DNA of 64,000 nucleotides from Candidatus Spongiisociaceae bacterium. Lineage in GTDB: Bacteria > Actinomycetota > Acidimicrobiia > Spongiisociales > Spongiisociaceae. The DNA is taken from positions 160,001-224,000 of the forward strand of contig OZ241841.1 of NCBI GenBank assembly GCA_965202665.1, in the 5' to 3' direction. The position numbers and the translations under genes were made by a program. The notes under the pieces were generated by a model. The model searched no databases. It was given only the letters and a program-made list of their open reading frames with translations, and was not told the origin of the DNA. This document shows, one piece after another, positions 29,508 to 39,244 of the stretch. How positions within the stretch are numbered: position 1 is the first letter of the stretch; every line of letters begins with the position of its first letter.

Positions 29508-29788
29508 CCGGCGGCCGAGGCGGGCCCGGGTCTTTCGCCGAGCGGGTGTACGAAGCGGTGGGCGAAGTGCCGCCCGGGGAGTGCCTTTCCTACGGGGACA
29601 TCGCCGCCATCGCCGGCAACCCGGGGGCGGCCCGGGCGGTGGGGCGGATCATGGCCGGCTCCGAAGGCCTGCCCTGGTGGAGGGTGGTGGCCGCCGACGG
29701 GCGGCTGGTCCCCGGCAAAGAACCGGAGCACGCCCGGCTGCTGGCCGCCGAAGGGGTGCGCACGGCGGACAACCGAGTGGTCGGATAG
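29504..29788 (+). CDS. Alkyltransferase-like (ATL/YbaZ, MGMT family) protein
   Basis: SYGDIA, ARAVG, and PWWRVV with Trp in place of the catalytic Cys of PCHRV. Confidence 0.88.
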   Translation: MTGGRGGPGSFAERVYEAVGEVPPGECLSYGDIAAIAGNPGAARAVGRIMAGSEGLPWWRVVAADGRLVPGKEPEHARLLAAEGVRTADNRVVG

Positions 29789-29834
29789 CTTTAAAACCGG
29801 GAGCCGGGGAAGCCCAGAGGGAAGCGAGGGAAAA

Positions 29835-31127
29835 ATACGCACCGTTTCCGAAATCATCGAACTGAAACGGGACGGCGGGGAGCTGGATGAAACCGAAATC
29901 CGGAGGTTCGCGTCCGGGGTGACGGAGGGGACCATCCCCGACTATCAGACCACCGCCTGGCTGATGGCCGTCTACTTCCAGGGCATGACCCCGGCTGAGT
30001 TGAGCGCGCTGACCGAGGCGATGATCGACTCCGGGGACCGTCTGCACATCCCCTCCCCCCTCCCCAAAGTGGACAAGCATTCCACCGGCGGGGTGGGCGA
30101 CAAAGTGAGCATCCCGCTGGCTCCGCTGGCGGCCGCCTGCGGGCTGACGGTGCCGATGATCTCCGGGCGGGGATTGGGGCACGGGGGCGGCACTTTGGAC
30201 AAACTGGAGGCCATCCCCGGGTTCCGAACCGTTTTGGAACCGGACGAGTTCACCCGTCTGGCCGTTGCCCACGGGGTGGCGATGGGGGGCCAGTCGGAGC
30301 GCATCGTGCCCGCCGACCGCGCCCTGTACGCGTTGCGGGACACCACCGCCACCGTGGCCTCCGTTCCGCTCATCTCCGCTTCCATCATGTCCAAGAAACT
30401 GGCCGAAAACCTGGACGGCTTGGTTTTGGACGTGAAAGTGGGGCGGGGGGCGTTTATGCGCACCGTCCCCGAAGGCCGCCGCTTAGCGGAGGCGATGGTG
30501 GACATCGGCCGCGCCGGAGGGGTGGCGGTACGGGCTTTTATGACCGCCATGGACCAGCCGCTGGGCCGGGCGGTGGGCAACGGCAACGAGGTGGCCGAAT
30601 CCATCGCCGTGCTGCGGGGGCGGGGGCCGGAGGACGTGACGGAGCTGGTGTTGGCGCTGGGGGAGGCCATGCTGGAGCTGGGGGGAGCGGCCGGGGGTCG
30701 GGCCCGGCTGGAGGAGGCCCTCGCTTCAGGCGCCGCTTTGGACAAGTTCCGGGAGATGGTGTCCGCCCAGGGCGGGGACCCGACGGTGGCGGACGATCCG
30801 TCCCTGTTGCCCGTCGCCCCGTTCACCGCTGAAGTGACGGCGCCCGAGGCGGGATACGTGACCGCGGTCGACGCCCGGGAGGTGGGAATGGCGGCCCTGT
30901 TGCTGGGGGCGGGGCGGCGGCAGGCGGGGGAGGAACTGGACTTGGGGGCGGGAATAGTTTTGCAGGCCAAAACGGGCGACCGGGTGGAGCGGGGCCAGAC
31001 TTTGGCCGTTCTCGCCTACGGGGAGGGCCGCCCCGTGGAAGAAGCCCGGCGCCGGGCAGCGGGGGCTTACGCCCTGGGCGGAGAGCCACCCGAACCGGCC
31101 CCGTTGCTAATCGAAGCGGTGGGATGA
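29835..31127 (+). CDS. pdp: Pyrimidine-nucleoside/thymidine phosphorylase
   Basis: DKHSTGGVGDKVS, SGRGLGHGGGTLDKLEAIPG, LYALRD, IMSKK, LDVKVGRGAFM. Family-like N-terminus begins at an ATA codon at 29835; first canonical start is GTG at 29919. Confidence 0.93.
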   Translation: MRTVSEIIELKRDGGELDETEIRRFASGVTEGTIPDYQTTAWLMAVYFQGMTPAELSALTEAMIDSGDRLHIPSPLPKVDKHSTGGVGDKVSIPLAPLAAACGLTVPMISGRGLGHGGGTLDKLEAIPGFRTVLEPDEFTRLAVAHGVAMGGQSERIVPADRALYALRDTTATVASVPLISASIMSKKLAENLDGLVLDVKVGRGAFMRTVPEGRRLAEAMVDIGRAGGVAVRAFMTAMDQPLGRAVGNGNEVAESIAVLRGRGPEDVTELVLALGEAMLELGGAAGGRARLEEALASGAALDKFREMVSAQGGDPTVADDPSLLPVAPFTAEVTAPEAGYVTAVDAREVGMAALLLGAGRRQAGEELDLGAGIVLQAKTGDRVERGQTLAVLAYGEGRPVEEARRRAAGAYALGGEPPEPAPLLIEAVG

Positions 31128-31237
31128 GGCGGGAAGGTCGCGGGCGACGGGTAACATCCGGGGCGGGAAGGGGCCGGCGCGGCTATCATTCAACGACCGG
31201 CCCCGCCCATAGCGGTTGCGAATAAGAAAGCCGATAC

Positions 31238-31996
31238 ATGAAAATCATCGTCTGCGCCAAACAGATTCCGGATCCGGCTTCGCCGTCTTCCCTGCACGCC
31301 GACACCCGCCGGTTGGTGCGCCCGCCCGAGCAGGTGCTGGACGACACCGACCGTTACGGGATAGAAGTGGGGTTGCAACTGGGCGAGCAGACCGACGGCG
31401 AAGTTACGCTGGTTTCCATGGGGCCCACCGGAACCATGCAGGGCGTGCGCCAGGCGTTGGCGATGGGGGTGGACAAGGCGGTTCTGGTGGACGACCCGTC
31501 TTTGGAGAACTCCGACGCTTTGACCACCGCCAAAGTTTTGGCGGCCGCCGCCCGCCGGGAAGGGTTCGACGTGGTGATCGCCGGGGTGGAATCCACGGAC
31601 GGATATTCGGGGGTGGTTCCGCAGATGATGGCCGAACTGCTGGACGTCCCCGCTTTGACTTTCGCCCGCTCGGTGGAGTGGAACGGGGATGCGTTCCGCA
31701 TCGAACGGCAGACAGGTTCCGGTTACGACATCGTGGAATGCCCCCCTCCGGCGGCCCTGGCGGTGACGGCCGGGGCGGTGGAGCCCCGCTACCCCACTTT
31801 CAAAGGGATTATGGCCGCCAAAAACAAGCCGGTGGAAACGTTGACCGCCGCCGACTTGGGCGCGGCCGGGGAGGCGGGCCAGCAGGTGACGTCGGTGGAA
31901 CCCGCCCCGGAGCGACAGGCGGGGGAGACAATCACCGACGACGGGGAGGCGCACATGCGGATAATCGAGTTCTTGGAACAGGCGAAGGTGATTTAG
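31238..31996 (+). CDS. etfB: Electron transfer flavoprotein beta subunit
   Basis: MKIIVCAKQIPD, ALAMGVD, G.ESTDGYSGVVP, EPRYPTFKGIMAAK. Confidence 0.95.
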   Translation: MKIIVCAKQIPDPASPSSLHADTRRLVRPPEQVLDDTDRYGIEVGLQLGEQTDGEVTLVSMGPTGTMQGVRQALAMGVDKAVLVDDPSLENSDALTTAKVLAAAARREGFDVVIAGVESTDGYSGVVPQMMAELLDVPALTFARSVEWNGDAFRIERQTGSGYDIVECPPPAALAVTAGAVEPRYPTFKGIMAAKNKPVETLTAADLGAAGEAGQQVTSVEPAPERQAGETITDDGEAHMRIIEFLEQAKVI

Positions 31997-31998
31997 CG

Positions 31999-32949
31999 AT
32001 GGCGATCTGGGTTTTCGCAGAAGAGCAGGACGGGGGGCCCGCCGAGCCGGCTCTTGAAGTGCTGACCAAGGCGGCTTCTTTAGGGGAGACGGCGGTGGTT
32101 TACCTGGGGGCCGCCTCCGAGGAGTCGTGGGGGGTTTTGGGCGCGCACGGGGCGGCGCGGGTTTTTCACCTGCCGCCTGAAGGGGGTTTGCCCGCGGCGG
32201 GCGCGGCGGCCGCTTTGGCGGACTTGGCGGAACGGGAGTCGCCGACGGCGGCGCTGTTCGCCCAGACCTACACTTCCCGGGACGTGGCGGGAAGGCTGGC
32301 GGTCCGTCTGGACCGGCCGGTGGTGTCCAACGCCATAAACTTTTCCCTGGACGGCGGATGTTCGGTGACCTCGGAAATCTTCGGGGGCACGCAGGTGGTG
32401 GAAACCTCTTTCACCGGGGCCGCCCCCTACCTGGTGCTGGTGCGCCCCAAGTCGTTCGCGGCTGAGCCGTCCGGGGGCGGGATACCGCCGGTGGAGACGG
32501 TTGAAATCCCGGAAACGGGACACGCCGGGTCGGCCCTGGTGGTGGAAACGGTGGCGGAACGGGCGGAAGGGCCGCAACTGGGCGACGCCAAAATCATCGT
32601 CAGCGGAGGGCGGGGGCTGGGTTCCGCCGAAGCCTATTCCCTGATCGAGGAGGTGGCCGAACCGCTGCATGCGGCCACCGGGGCCACGCGGGCCATAGTG
32701 GACGCCGGCTGGGTGCCCTACGCCAAACAGGTGGGGCAGACGGGCAAGACGGTAAAACCGGATGTGTACATGGCGTGCGGCGTGTCGGGGGCGATGCAGC
32801 ATCTGGTGGGAATGAAAGATTCCAAGTTGATCGTGGCCATAAACAAAGACGCGGAGGCCCCCATCTTCTCAGTGGCCGACCTGGGGGTGGTAGGCGATGT
32901 GCACAAGGTGCTCCCCCGCCTAACCGAAGCCCTGCAAGCCCGCGGATAA
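31999..32949 (+). CDS. etfA: Electron transfer flavoprotein alpha subunit
   Basis: [54 protein letters not shown]. Confidence 0.96.
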   Translation: MAIWVFAEEQDGGPAEPALEVLTKAASLGETAVVYLGAASEESWGVLGAHGAARVFHLPPEGGLPAAGAAAALADLAERESPTAALFAQTYTSRDVAGRLAVRLDRPVVSNAINFSLDGGCSVTSEIFGGTQVVETSFTGAAPYLVLVRPKSFAAEPSGGGIPPVETVEIPETGHAGSALVVETVAERAEGPQLGDAKIIVSGGRGLGSAEAYSLIEEVAEPLHAATGATRAIVDAGWVPYAKQVGQTGKTVKPDVYMACGVSGAMQHLVGMKDSKLIVAINKDAEAPIFSVADLGVVGDVHKVLPRLTEALQARG

Positions 32950-32977
32950 TCCCAGCCTCCCAGCGTTAAGAGCCCCT

Positions 32978-33991
32978 TTACTTCCAGTTGGCTTTTACCA
33001 TTTTGGAAGGTTGCACTCGGGGCGGTTCGCCGGGCATCTTCGGGTAGTTGGGGGGCCAGGGGGCGTCGCCTACGCCGTTGGCTTCGTCGCGGGCCACCCA
33101 TTCCAGCAGGACATCCAGACGGCCCGGTTGGTCGTCTATGCCAGCCATCGGATCGCCTGCTTGCCGGTAGCGTTGTTCGAAGCTGGCCATCGGGAAGTCC
33201 TCTATTTCCACATCGGGCAGTTCCTCCCAGGTGAGCGGGGCGGAAACGTATCCGGTGGGGCGCACCCCATAGGCGGAGGACACGGTTTTGTCGCGGGCGT
33301 TCTGGTTGTAGTCGATGAACACCCCCCGCCGTTCCTCCTTCCACCATTTGGTGGTTACCAGGCCGGGGCGGCGGCGCTCCAACTCCCGTCCGAAAGCCAG
33401 CACCGCCCGGCGGGTCTGGAAAAAATCCCATTCCGGTTCGATGCGCACATAGATGTGAACGCCCCGGCTGCCGGAGGTTTTCGGCCATCCGACCAGGCCC
33501 GCCTCGGCCAGCAGTTCCCGGCCGAGCAGGGCCGCCTGTTTCACATCGGCGAAAGTTACTTCTTCGGTGGGATCGAAATCCAACCGCAACTCATCGGGAT
33601 GGTCCAAATCTTCGGACCGCACCGGCCACGGATGCATATCCAGGCATCCCAGCTGGACGAAGCGGATCAGATCGGCTTCGGTGCGGGGCACGTTCATCCG
33701 CCCAGGCCGTTGCGAAGGGAAACGGATGAGAGCGGTCTCAAAAGGGGTGCGGGGGGAGGCCCGCTTGTTGTAGATGGGAGGCGCGTCCACATTGGACATG
33801 TAACGTTTCATCATCGTGGGCCGCCCGAACACTCCCCGCAGGCACCCTTCCGCCACCGCCGCAAAATGACGGGCCACGTCCAGCTTGGTCCATCCTTGGC
33901 GGGGAAACACCACCCGCTCCGGCGAGGTGAGCCGCACCTGCTCCCCGCCGATGTCAATGATGGTTTCGGAAGTTTCTTTTCCCACCCGCAT
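32978..33991 (-). CDS. Stand-alone LigD-type primase-polymerase (Prim-PolC-like)
   Basis: [47 protein letters not shown], and a C-terminal [17 protein letters not shown] typical of Prim-PolC. Confidence 0.9.
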   Translation of the reverse strand: MRVGKETSETIIDIGGEQVRLTSPERVVFPRQGWTKLDVARHFAAVAEGCLRGVFGRPTMMKRYMSNVDAPPIYNKRASPRTPFETALIRFPSQRPGRMNVPRTEADLIRFVQLGCLDMHPWPVRSEDLDHPDELRLDFDPTEEVTFADVKQAALLGRELLAEAGLVGWPKTSGSRGVHIYVRIEPEWDFFQTRRAVLAFGRELERRRPGLVTTKWWKEERRGVFIDYNQNARDKTVSSAYGVRPTGYVSAPLTWEELPDVEIEDFPMASFEQRYRQAGDPMAGIDDQPGRLDVLLEWVARDEANGVGDAPWPPNYPKMPGEPPRVQPSKMVKANWK

Positions 33992-34038
33992 CAGGATACC
34001 GCCCTCCGTCCCATCGCCCATTTTTTAGAGTGGGGCGG

Positions 34039-34467
34039 ATGACGGCCGGATATTCGGACACTCCGCTGGCCCGCAAACTGGGCATCAAAGAAAACCAACG
34101 GGTGGGCGTGGCTGGCGACCCCGGCCATTTCGCCTCCCTGGCGGAACCCCTCCCGCCCGGAGCGGAACTGGCGCCCGACCCGCAAACACCCTGTCCGGTT
34201 CTGGTGATGTTCACCGCCGCCGAAGAGGACTTCGGAAACCGATTGCCCGGCATGCTCCGCCTGCTGCCCGCCGACGGGTCGTTGTGGGTGGCGCGGCCCA
34301 AGAAGTCGTCGCCCCTGTTCCAAGACCTAACCGAAGACATGATCCGAAAGGCGATCCTGCCGCTGGGCCTGGTGGACAACAAAGTGTGCGCCATCGACCA
34401 AGACTGGAGCGGCCTGCGCCTGGTGGTAAGAAAAGCCAACCGCCCCGATTGGAACCCTCAGACATAA
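34039..34467 (+). CDS. DUF3052-family protein
   Basis: AGYS.TPLARKLGIK, LWVA.PKKSS, GLVDNKVCAID.DWSGLRLV. Leaderless TAGAGT-7nt-ATG. Confidence 0.8.
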   Translation: MTAGYSDTPLARKLGIKENQRVGVAGDPGHFASLAEPLPPGAELAPDPQTPCPVLVMFTAAEEDFGNRLPGMLRLLPADGSLWVARPKKSSPLFQDLTEDMIRKAILPLGLVDNKVCAIDQDWSGLRLVVRKANRPDWNPQT

Positions 34468-34739
34468 ACGGGGACTTCAGTTTTGGGAGGGGGATAGTGA
34501 GTTTGCGGAGTAGGTTCTGGTTGGATTTTCCCGCGTAGAGAGGAGGCGGCTGGCGTCCGAAACGCACCTTCCCTGCCCTATTCTGGTGATGCCTGCCCCG
34601 CCGAATATGAAAACGCTTTCTCAAAATTTTTAAAAATTTCGGGGGCCCGCCCCTCACCTTCGTTATGCCAGCTTTGGTTATTCTTGGCCGGTAGCTCAAT
34701 ATAGCGAGCACAGTTTGGCCAGCCCTGTCGTTTGATGTC

Positions 34740-35165
34740 GTGGGGTGTGTTGTCGCCTGCTGTGTTACCCCGGCGTGTTTGACCAACCCGACCCGAGATC
34801 ATCTGGCGGCGGTCGCCGAGGCGCACCGGTCGGGCGGCTACAAATGGTCGCACGCCGACCGGCGGGAGTTCTATACGGATACCGAAAATCTGTTCGTGCT
34901 GTCCGTTGCCGGGAACCAGGAGAAATCGGCCCATAACCCAGCGGGTTGGTTACCCGAACGGAAACTGAACTGGTGCGAATATGTGGCGGAATGGTTGTAT
35001 ATAAAGGGAAAATGGGGATTGTCCGCCGACTTGGCCGCATTGGACGCCATTCGGCGGGTGGTTCAGGAGACGGACTGCGACCCGAACGACCCGGCGGTGC
35101 GGAATGCGCCGGCGGCCACAGCGGTCGCAACCGCTACGGCGGCCGGGGGTGCTATCCCGCCGTAA
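34740..35165 (+). pseudogene. Remnant of a DUF1524/HNH-type nuclease (C-terminal part only)
   Basis: From about 34797: DHL.A.AEAHRSG...W....R.EF..D.ENLFVL....NQEKS...P..WLP.....CEYV..W..IK.KW.LS. No N-terminal part and no convincing start. Confidence 0.65.
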
Positions 35166-35393
35166 TGAACATGGAATAATGTGGCTATTCGCGCTTTAGC
35201 GGATCTTTCGGATTTGAGGGGGGTGTTTAGCGGGGGTTTGGGTTTTGAGCATGGTGAGAATGATGTTGCAACGATGGCGGGGCGGGGTGAAATGGCGCGT
35301 ATGCAGGCGGGGGCGCTATACTGGCCGTTATCCAATCGTCCCGCAGTGGGCGGGGCCGCGGGCACCGGATGGGCCGGCGCCTAGAGAGGAAGC

Positions 35394-35651
35394 ATGAAAA
35401 CCACCCAAGAGATCATCGCCGAGCACGGTTCGCACGACAGCGATACCGGCTCCCCCGAGGTGCAGGTGGCCCTGCTCAGCGGGCGCATCAACCACCTGAC
35501 CGAACATCTGCGCATCCACAAGCAGGATCATCACAGCCGCCGCGGGTTGCTGATGATGGTGGGCCGCCGCCGCCGTTTGCTGAAATACCTGCGCAGCCAG
35601 GATGTGGAACGCTACCGCAACCTGATCGCCAAGCTGGGCCTGCGCCGCTGA
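35394..35651 (+). CDS. rpsO: 30S ribosomal protein S15
   Basis: [42 protein letters not shown]. Confidence 0.98.
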   Translation: MKTTQEIIAEHGSHDSDTGSPEVQVALLSGRINHLTEHLRIHKQDHHSRRGLLMMVGRRRRLLKYLRSQDVERYRNLIAKLGLRR

Positions 35652-35731
35652 CCGCCGCGTCCGGCCCGTTTCCCTGAAAGAAGTCACCGCGACAGAACCA
35701 AACACATACGCGAACAAAAAACCCAAGTAAT

Positions 35732-35826
35732 CGAGGGCGCGACGGCGGCCAGTTGTCAGTTGCCATCCCTTCGCCCGGCTCCCGAATCGAAGGCATGACC
35801 ACTGGTAATTGGTCCCGCCCCCCTCG
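35732..35826 (+). ncRNA. Structured pnp 5' leader (Actino-pnp-like long hairpin)
   Basis: Nested pairings CGAGGG/CCCTCG, CCAGTTGTCAGT/ACTGGTAATTGG (G-U pairs) and CCTTCG/CGAAGG in the rpsO-pnp spacer, just before the GGAGG SD. Confidence 0.65.
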
Positions 35827-35852
35827 CCCAAGCACGACAATGAGGAGGACGC

Positions 35853-38306
35853 GTGTCCAAAATCACGGTAAAGGCCGCCATCGGCGGCAAAGAAATTATT
35901 ATCAGCGCCGGCCATATGGCCGGTCAGGCCAACGGGGCGGTGCAGGTGGAGATCGGGGACACGACCGCCCTGGTGACCGCCGCCGCCAGTCAGAATCCCC
36001 GGGAGGGGGTCAATTTTTTCCCGCTCACCATCGACGTGGAGGAGCGGATGTACGCGGTGGGCCGCATCCCCGGTTCATTTTTCCGCCGGGAGGGGAGGGC
36101 CACCGAGCGGGCCACCCTCAGCGCCCGTTTGATCGACCGGCCGTTGCGCCCCTCCTTCCGGGACGGCTTCCGCAACGACACCCACGTGGTGGCCACCATC
36201 CTGCAAGTGGACGGGGAGAACGCCTACGACGTGCCGTCGCTGAACGGGGCCTCCGCCGCCCTTTCCATCAGCGACATCCCCTTCGAAGGCCCGCTGGGGG
36301 CGGTGCGGCTGGGATTGCGCAAAGGCGAATGGGTTCCGTTCCCCACTTTTACGGAGCTGGAGGAGTGCGTGTTCGACTTGGTGGTGGCGGGCAAGCGCAA
36401 CGCCGCCGGGCAGGTGGACATCGTGATGGTGGAAGCGGGGGCCACCGACAACGCCATGGATCTGATCGCGGGCGGGCAGCCCGCATCCAACGAGGAGACG
36501 GTGGCCGCCGGTTTGGAAGAGGCCAAAACCCACATCGGAACCCTGGTTGACATCCAATCCGATTTGCAAGCCCAGGTCGGCAAAGAGACGGGAGAGTGGC
36601 CGGTGTTCATCGAATACGCCCCCGAAACTTTGGAGAAGGTCGCCGAAGCCGCCGCCGCCGGAGTGTCGGAGGTCATCCGCATCGCCGACAAGTCGGAGCG
36701 CAATCAAGCCCAGTCCGATCTGAAAGAGCGGATCACCGAGCAACTGGCCGGCGAAACCGCCGCCGCGGACGAGGATGCCCCGGCCGCCGATGAGGTGGGA
36801 CGGGCCTTTAGTTCGCTGGTGAAAACCATGATGCGGGAGCGCCTGCTGGAGGAAGGAGTGCGGATAGACGGCCGCTCCAGCGATGAGATTCGCCAGCTGT
36901 CCGCCCAAGTGGGGGTGTTGAACCGGGCGCACGGTTCCTCCATTTTCACCCGCGGCGAAACCCAGGTGCTGAACGTGCTCACGTTGGGGATGCCCCGCAT
37001 GGAACAGATGCTGGACACCATCAGCAACGAAGAAACCAAGCGCTACATGCACCATTACAACTTCCCCCCCTATTCCACCGGCGAGGCCGGTTTTATGCGC
37101 GGGCCCAAGCGCCGGGAGATAGGACACGGGGCGCTGGCCGAGAAAGCGGTGAAGCCGGTGGTGCCCCGCGACGAAGAGTTTCATTACACGTTGCGCCTGG
37201 TGTCGGAGGTTCTGTCCTCCAATGGGTCGTCTTCCATGGCTTCGGTGTGCGCCTCCGCCCTGTCGCTGATGGACGCCGGAGTGGAAATCGACGCGCCGGT
37301 GGCGGGCATCGCCATGGGGCTGGTGGCCGAAGGGGACAGGTACGTCACCCTCACCGACATTTTGGGCGCCGAGGACGCTTTGGGCGATATGGATTTCAAA
37401 GTGGCGGGCACCGCCGACGTGATCACCGCCCTGCAATTGGATATGAAAATCGACGGCCTGCCCTCCGAGGTCCTGGCCGGGGCTTTGGCCCAGGCCAAGG
37501 AGGCCCGCCTGGCCGTGTTGGAGGTGATGGCGGAGGCCATCGACGCCCCCCGCTCCGAACTCCGCGAGTTCGCTCCCCGTTTGGAGTCGGTCAAGGTGCC
37601 GATGGACAAGATCGGCGAAGTCATCGGACCGAAAGGCAAAGTCATCCGGGAGCTGGAGCAGGAAACCGGGGCCGACATTGAAGTGCAGGAGGACGGCACG
37701 GTCCTGATCGCGGCCGACCAGGCCGGGCCTTTGCAGGCGGCCATGCAACGGGTGCGGGACATCGCCTTCCCGCCGGAGGCCGAGCTGAACATGGAATACG
37801 ACGGAACCGTGGTCGGGATAACCGACTTCGGGGCTTTCATCAACATCCTCCCCGGCCGGGACGGATTGTTGCACATTTCCAAGATGGACGCCAACCGCCG
37901 CGTGCAACGGGTGCGGGACTACTTGGAGGAGGGCGACGCCTTGCGGGTGCTGGTGGATTCCATGGACCGGGGCAAAGTCAGTTTGAGTCTGGTCGGCGAG
38001 TTGTCCCCCAAGCCGGGGGCCGACCTTTCCGATTCCGCCGCCCGCGGCCCCCGCCGCGACGACCGGGGGGGAGGCCGCCGCGATGATCGGGGAGGCCCCC
38101 GTCGGGACGACCGGGGCCCCCGCCGCGACAACCGGGGCGGCCCCCGCCGCGACGATCGGGGGGGAGGCCGCCGGGACGACCGGGGCGGCCCCCGCCGCGA
38201 TGATCGGGGAGGCCCCCGTCGGGATGACCGGGCTCCCCGCCGCGACGACCGGGGGGGAAGCCGCCGGTTCGCTTCCTTCGAGGACGAGTTCTCCGGGGGC
38301 AGGTAA
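35853..38306 (+). CDS. pnp: Polyribonucleotide nucleotidyltransferase (PNPase) with C-terminal repeat tail
   Basis: FFPLT.D.EER, RLIDRPLRP, RGETQVL, RREIGHG, SNGSSSMASVC, TDI.GAEDALGDMDFKVAGT, KH and S1 domains. Confidence 0.98.
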   Translation: MSKITVKAAIGGKEIIISAGHMAGQANGAVQVEIGDTTALVTAAASQNPREGVNFFPLTIDVEERMYAVGRIPGSFFRREGRATERATLSARLIDRPLRPSFRDGFRNDTHVVATILQVDGENAYDVPSLNGASAALSISDIPFEGPLGAVRLGLRKGEWVPFPTFTELEECVFDLVVAGKRNAAGQVDIVMVEAGATDNAMDLIAGGQPASNEETVAAGLEEAKTHIGTLVDIQSDLQAQVGKETGEWPVFIEYAPETLEKVAEAAAAGVSEVIRIADKSERNQAQSDLKERITEQLAGETAAADEDAPAADEVGRAFSSLVKTMMRERLLEEGVRIDGRSSDEIRQLSAQVGVLNRAHGSSIFTRGETQVLNVLTLGMPRMEQMLDTISNEETKRYMHHYNFPPYSTGEAGFMRGPKRREIGHGALAEKAVKPVVPRDEEFHYTLRLVSEVLSSNGSSSMASVCASALSLMDAGVEIDAPVAGIAMGLVAEGDRYVTLTDILGAEDALGDMDFKVAGTADVITALQLDMKIDGLPSEVLAGALAQAKEARLAVLEVMAEAIDAPRSELREFAPRLESVKVPMDKIGEVIGPKGKVIRELEQETGADIEVQEDGTVLIAADQAGPLQAAMQRVRDIAFPPEAELNMEYDGTVVGITDFGAFINILPGRDGLLHISKMDANRRVQRVRDYLEEGDALRVLVDSMDRGKVSLSLVGELSPKPGADLSDSAARGPRRDDRGGGRRDDRGGPRRDDRGPRRDNRGGPRRDDRGGGRRDDRGGPRRDDRGGPRRDDRAPRRDDRGGSRRFASFEDEFSGGR
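38052..38267 (+). repeat. Coding tandem repeat, nine RRD(D/N)R-G/GG/A-(P/G/S) units of 21-24 bp
   Basis: Repeated cgccgcgacgaccggggcggcccc-like units in frame at the 3' end of pnp. Confidence 0.92.
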
Positions 38307-38349
38307 ACCCCCTCGCTTGAACGGCCCCGGCCCGCTCTAGGGTTGGGGC

Positions 38350-39222
38350 ATGCCGGAACTTCCCGATGTGGCGGTTTACATCGAAGCCTTGGAGCGTTTC
38401 CTAGGCGGGCGCGTTATCAGGCGGGCGGACTCCCGATCGGTGTCCCTGTTACGCACCTACGACCCCCCTTTGGAGTCGGTGGCGGGCCGGGCGGTAGCCG
38501 GTTTCCGGCGGATGGGAAAACGCATCGTGTGGGAGTTGGAGGGGGACGTCTTCATGGTGTTCCACCTGATGGTGGCGGGCCGTTTCCACTGGCGCAAGCC
38601 GGAGGCGGCTTTGCCCAAAAAGACCGGCCTGGCCGCCTTCGGGTTTGAACACGGGACGTTGCATCTGACCGAGCAGGGGGCCAAGAAACGGGCCTCGTTG
38701 CACATCGGGCGCGGGGCGGACTTTTTGGCTGAACACGACCGGGGGGGTTTGGAACCGCTGTCCGCCGGCCGGGACGACTTCGCCCGCGCCCTCACCGCCC
38801 GCAACCGCACCTTGAAACGGGCCCTCACCGACCCCCGCACCCTGTCCGGCGTGGGCAATGCCTACTCCGATGAGATTCTGCACCGGGCCCGCCTGTCCCC
38901 CCTGACGTTGACTTCCCGGCTGACCGACTCGGAGCTGACCCGCCTCTACGAGAGCGCGGGGACCGTGCTGCGGGAATGGATCGACCGTTTGCGCGAAGAA
39001 ACGGGGGAAGGTTTCCCCGGCAAGGTAACCGCTTTCCGGCCGGAGATGGCGGTGCACGGCAAATACGGCTCGCCCTGCCCGGCCTGCGGAACTCCGGTGG
39101 CCCGCATCGTCTACAAGTCCAACGAAACCAACTACTGCCCCGCCTGCCAGACCGGCGGCCGCCTCCTGGCCGACCGTTCCCTGTCCCGCCTGCTGAAAGA
39201 CGACTGGCCGCAGGACGCCTGA
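38350..39222 (+). CDS. Fpg/Nei family DNA glycosylase
   Basis: N-terminal MPELPDV, R.GKR, HLMVAGR, H2TH GVGNAYSDEIL, zinc finger CPACG...YCPACQ. Confidence 0.92.
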   Translation: MPELPDVAVYIEALERFLGGRVIRRADSRSVSLLRTYDPPLESVAGRAVAGFRRMGKRIVWELEGDVFMVFHLMVAGRFHWRKPEAALPKKTGLAAFGFEHGTLHLTEQGAKKRASLHIGRGADFLAEHDRGGLEPLSAGRDDFARALTARNRTLKRALTDPRTLSGVGNAYSDEILHRARLSPLTLTSRLTDSELTRLYESAGTVLREWIDRLREETGEGFPGKVTAFRPEMAVHGKYGSPCPACGTPVARIVYKSNETNYCPACQTGGRLLADRSLSRLLKDDWPQDA

Positions 39223-39244
39223 CGCCCGCCCCGCCCCCGGTGGG

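Noticed and set aside
29789-29798. Slippery TTTAAAA heptamer as a frameshift fusing the ATL gene to pdp
   Set aside because: It lies after the ATL stop codon, so elongating ribosomes would not reach it. The ATL protein looks complete.
38052-38267. Possible CRISPR array
   Set aside because: The units are contiguous in-frame coding repeats with no unique spacers, and no cas genes are present.
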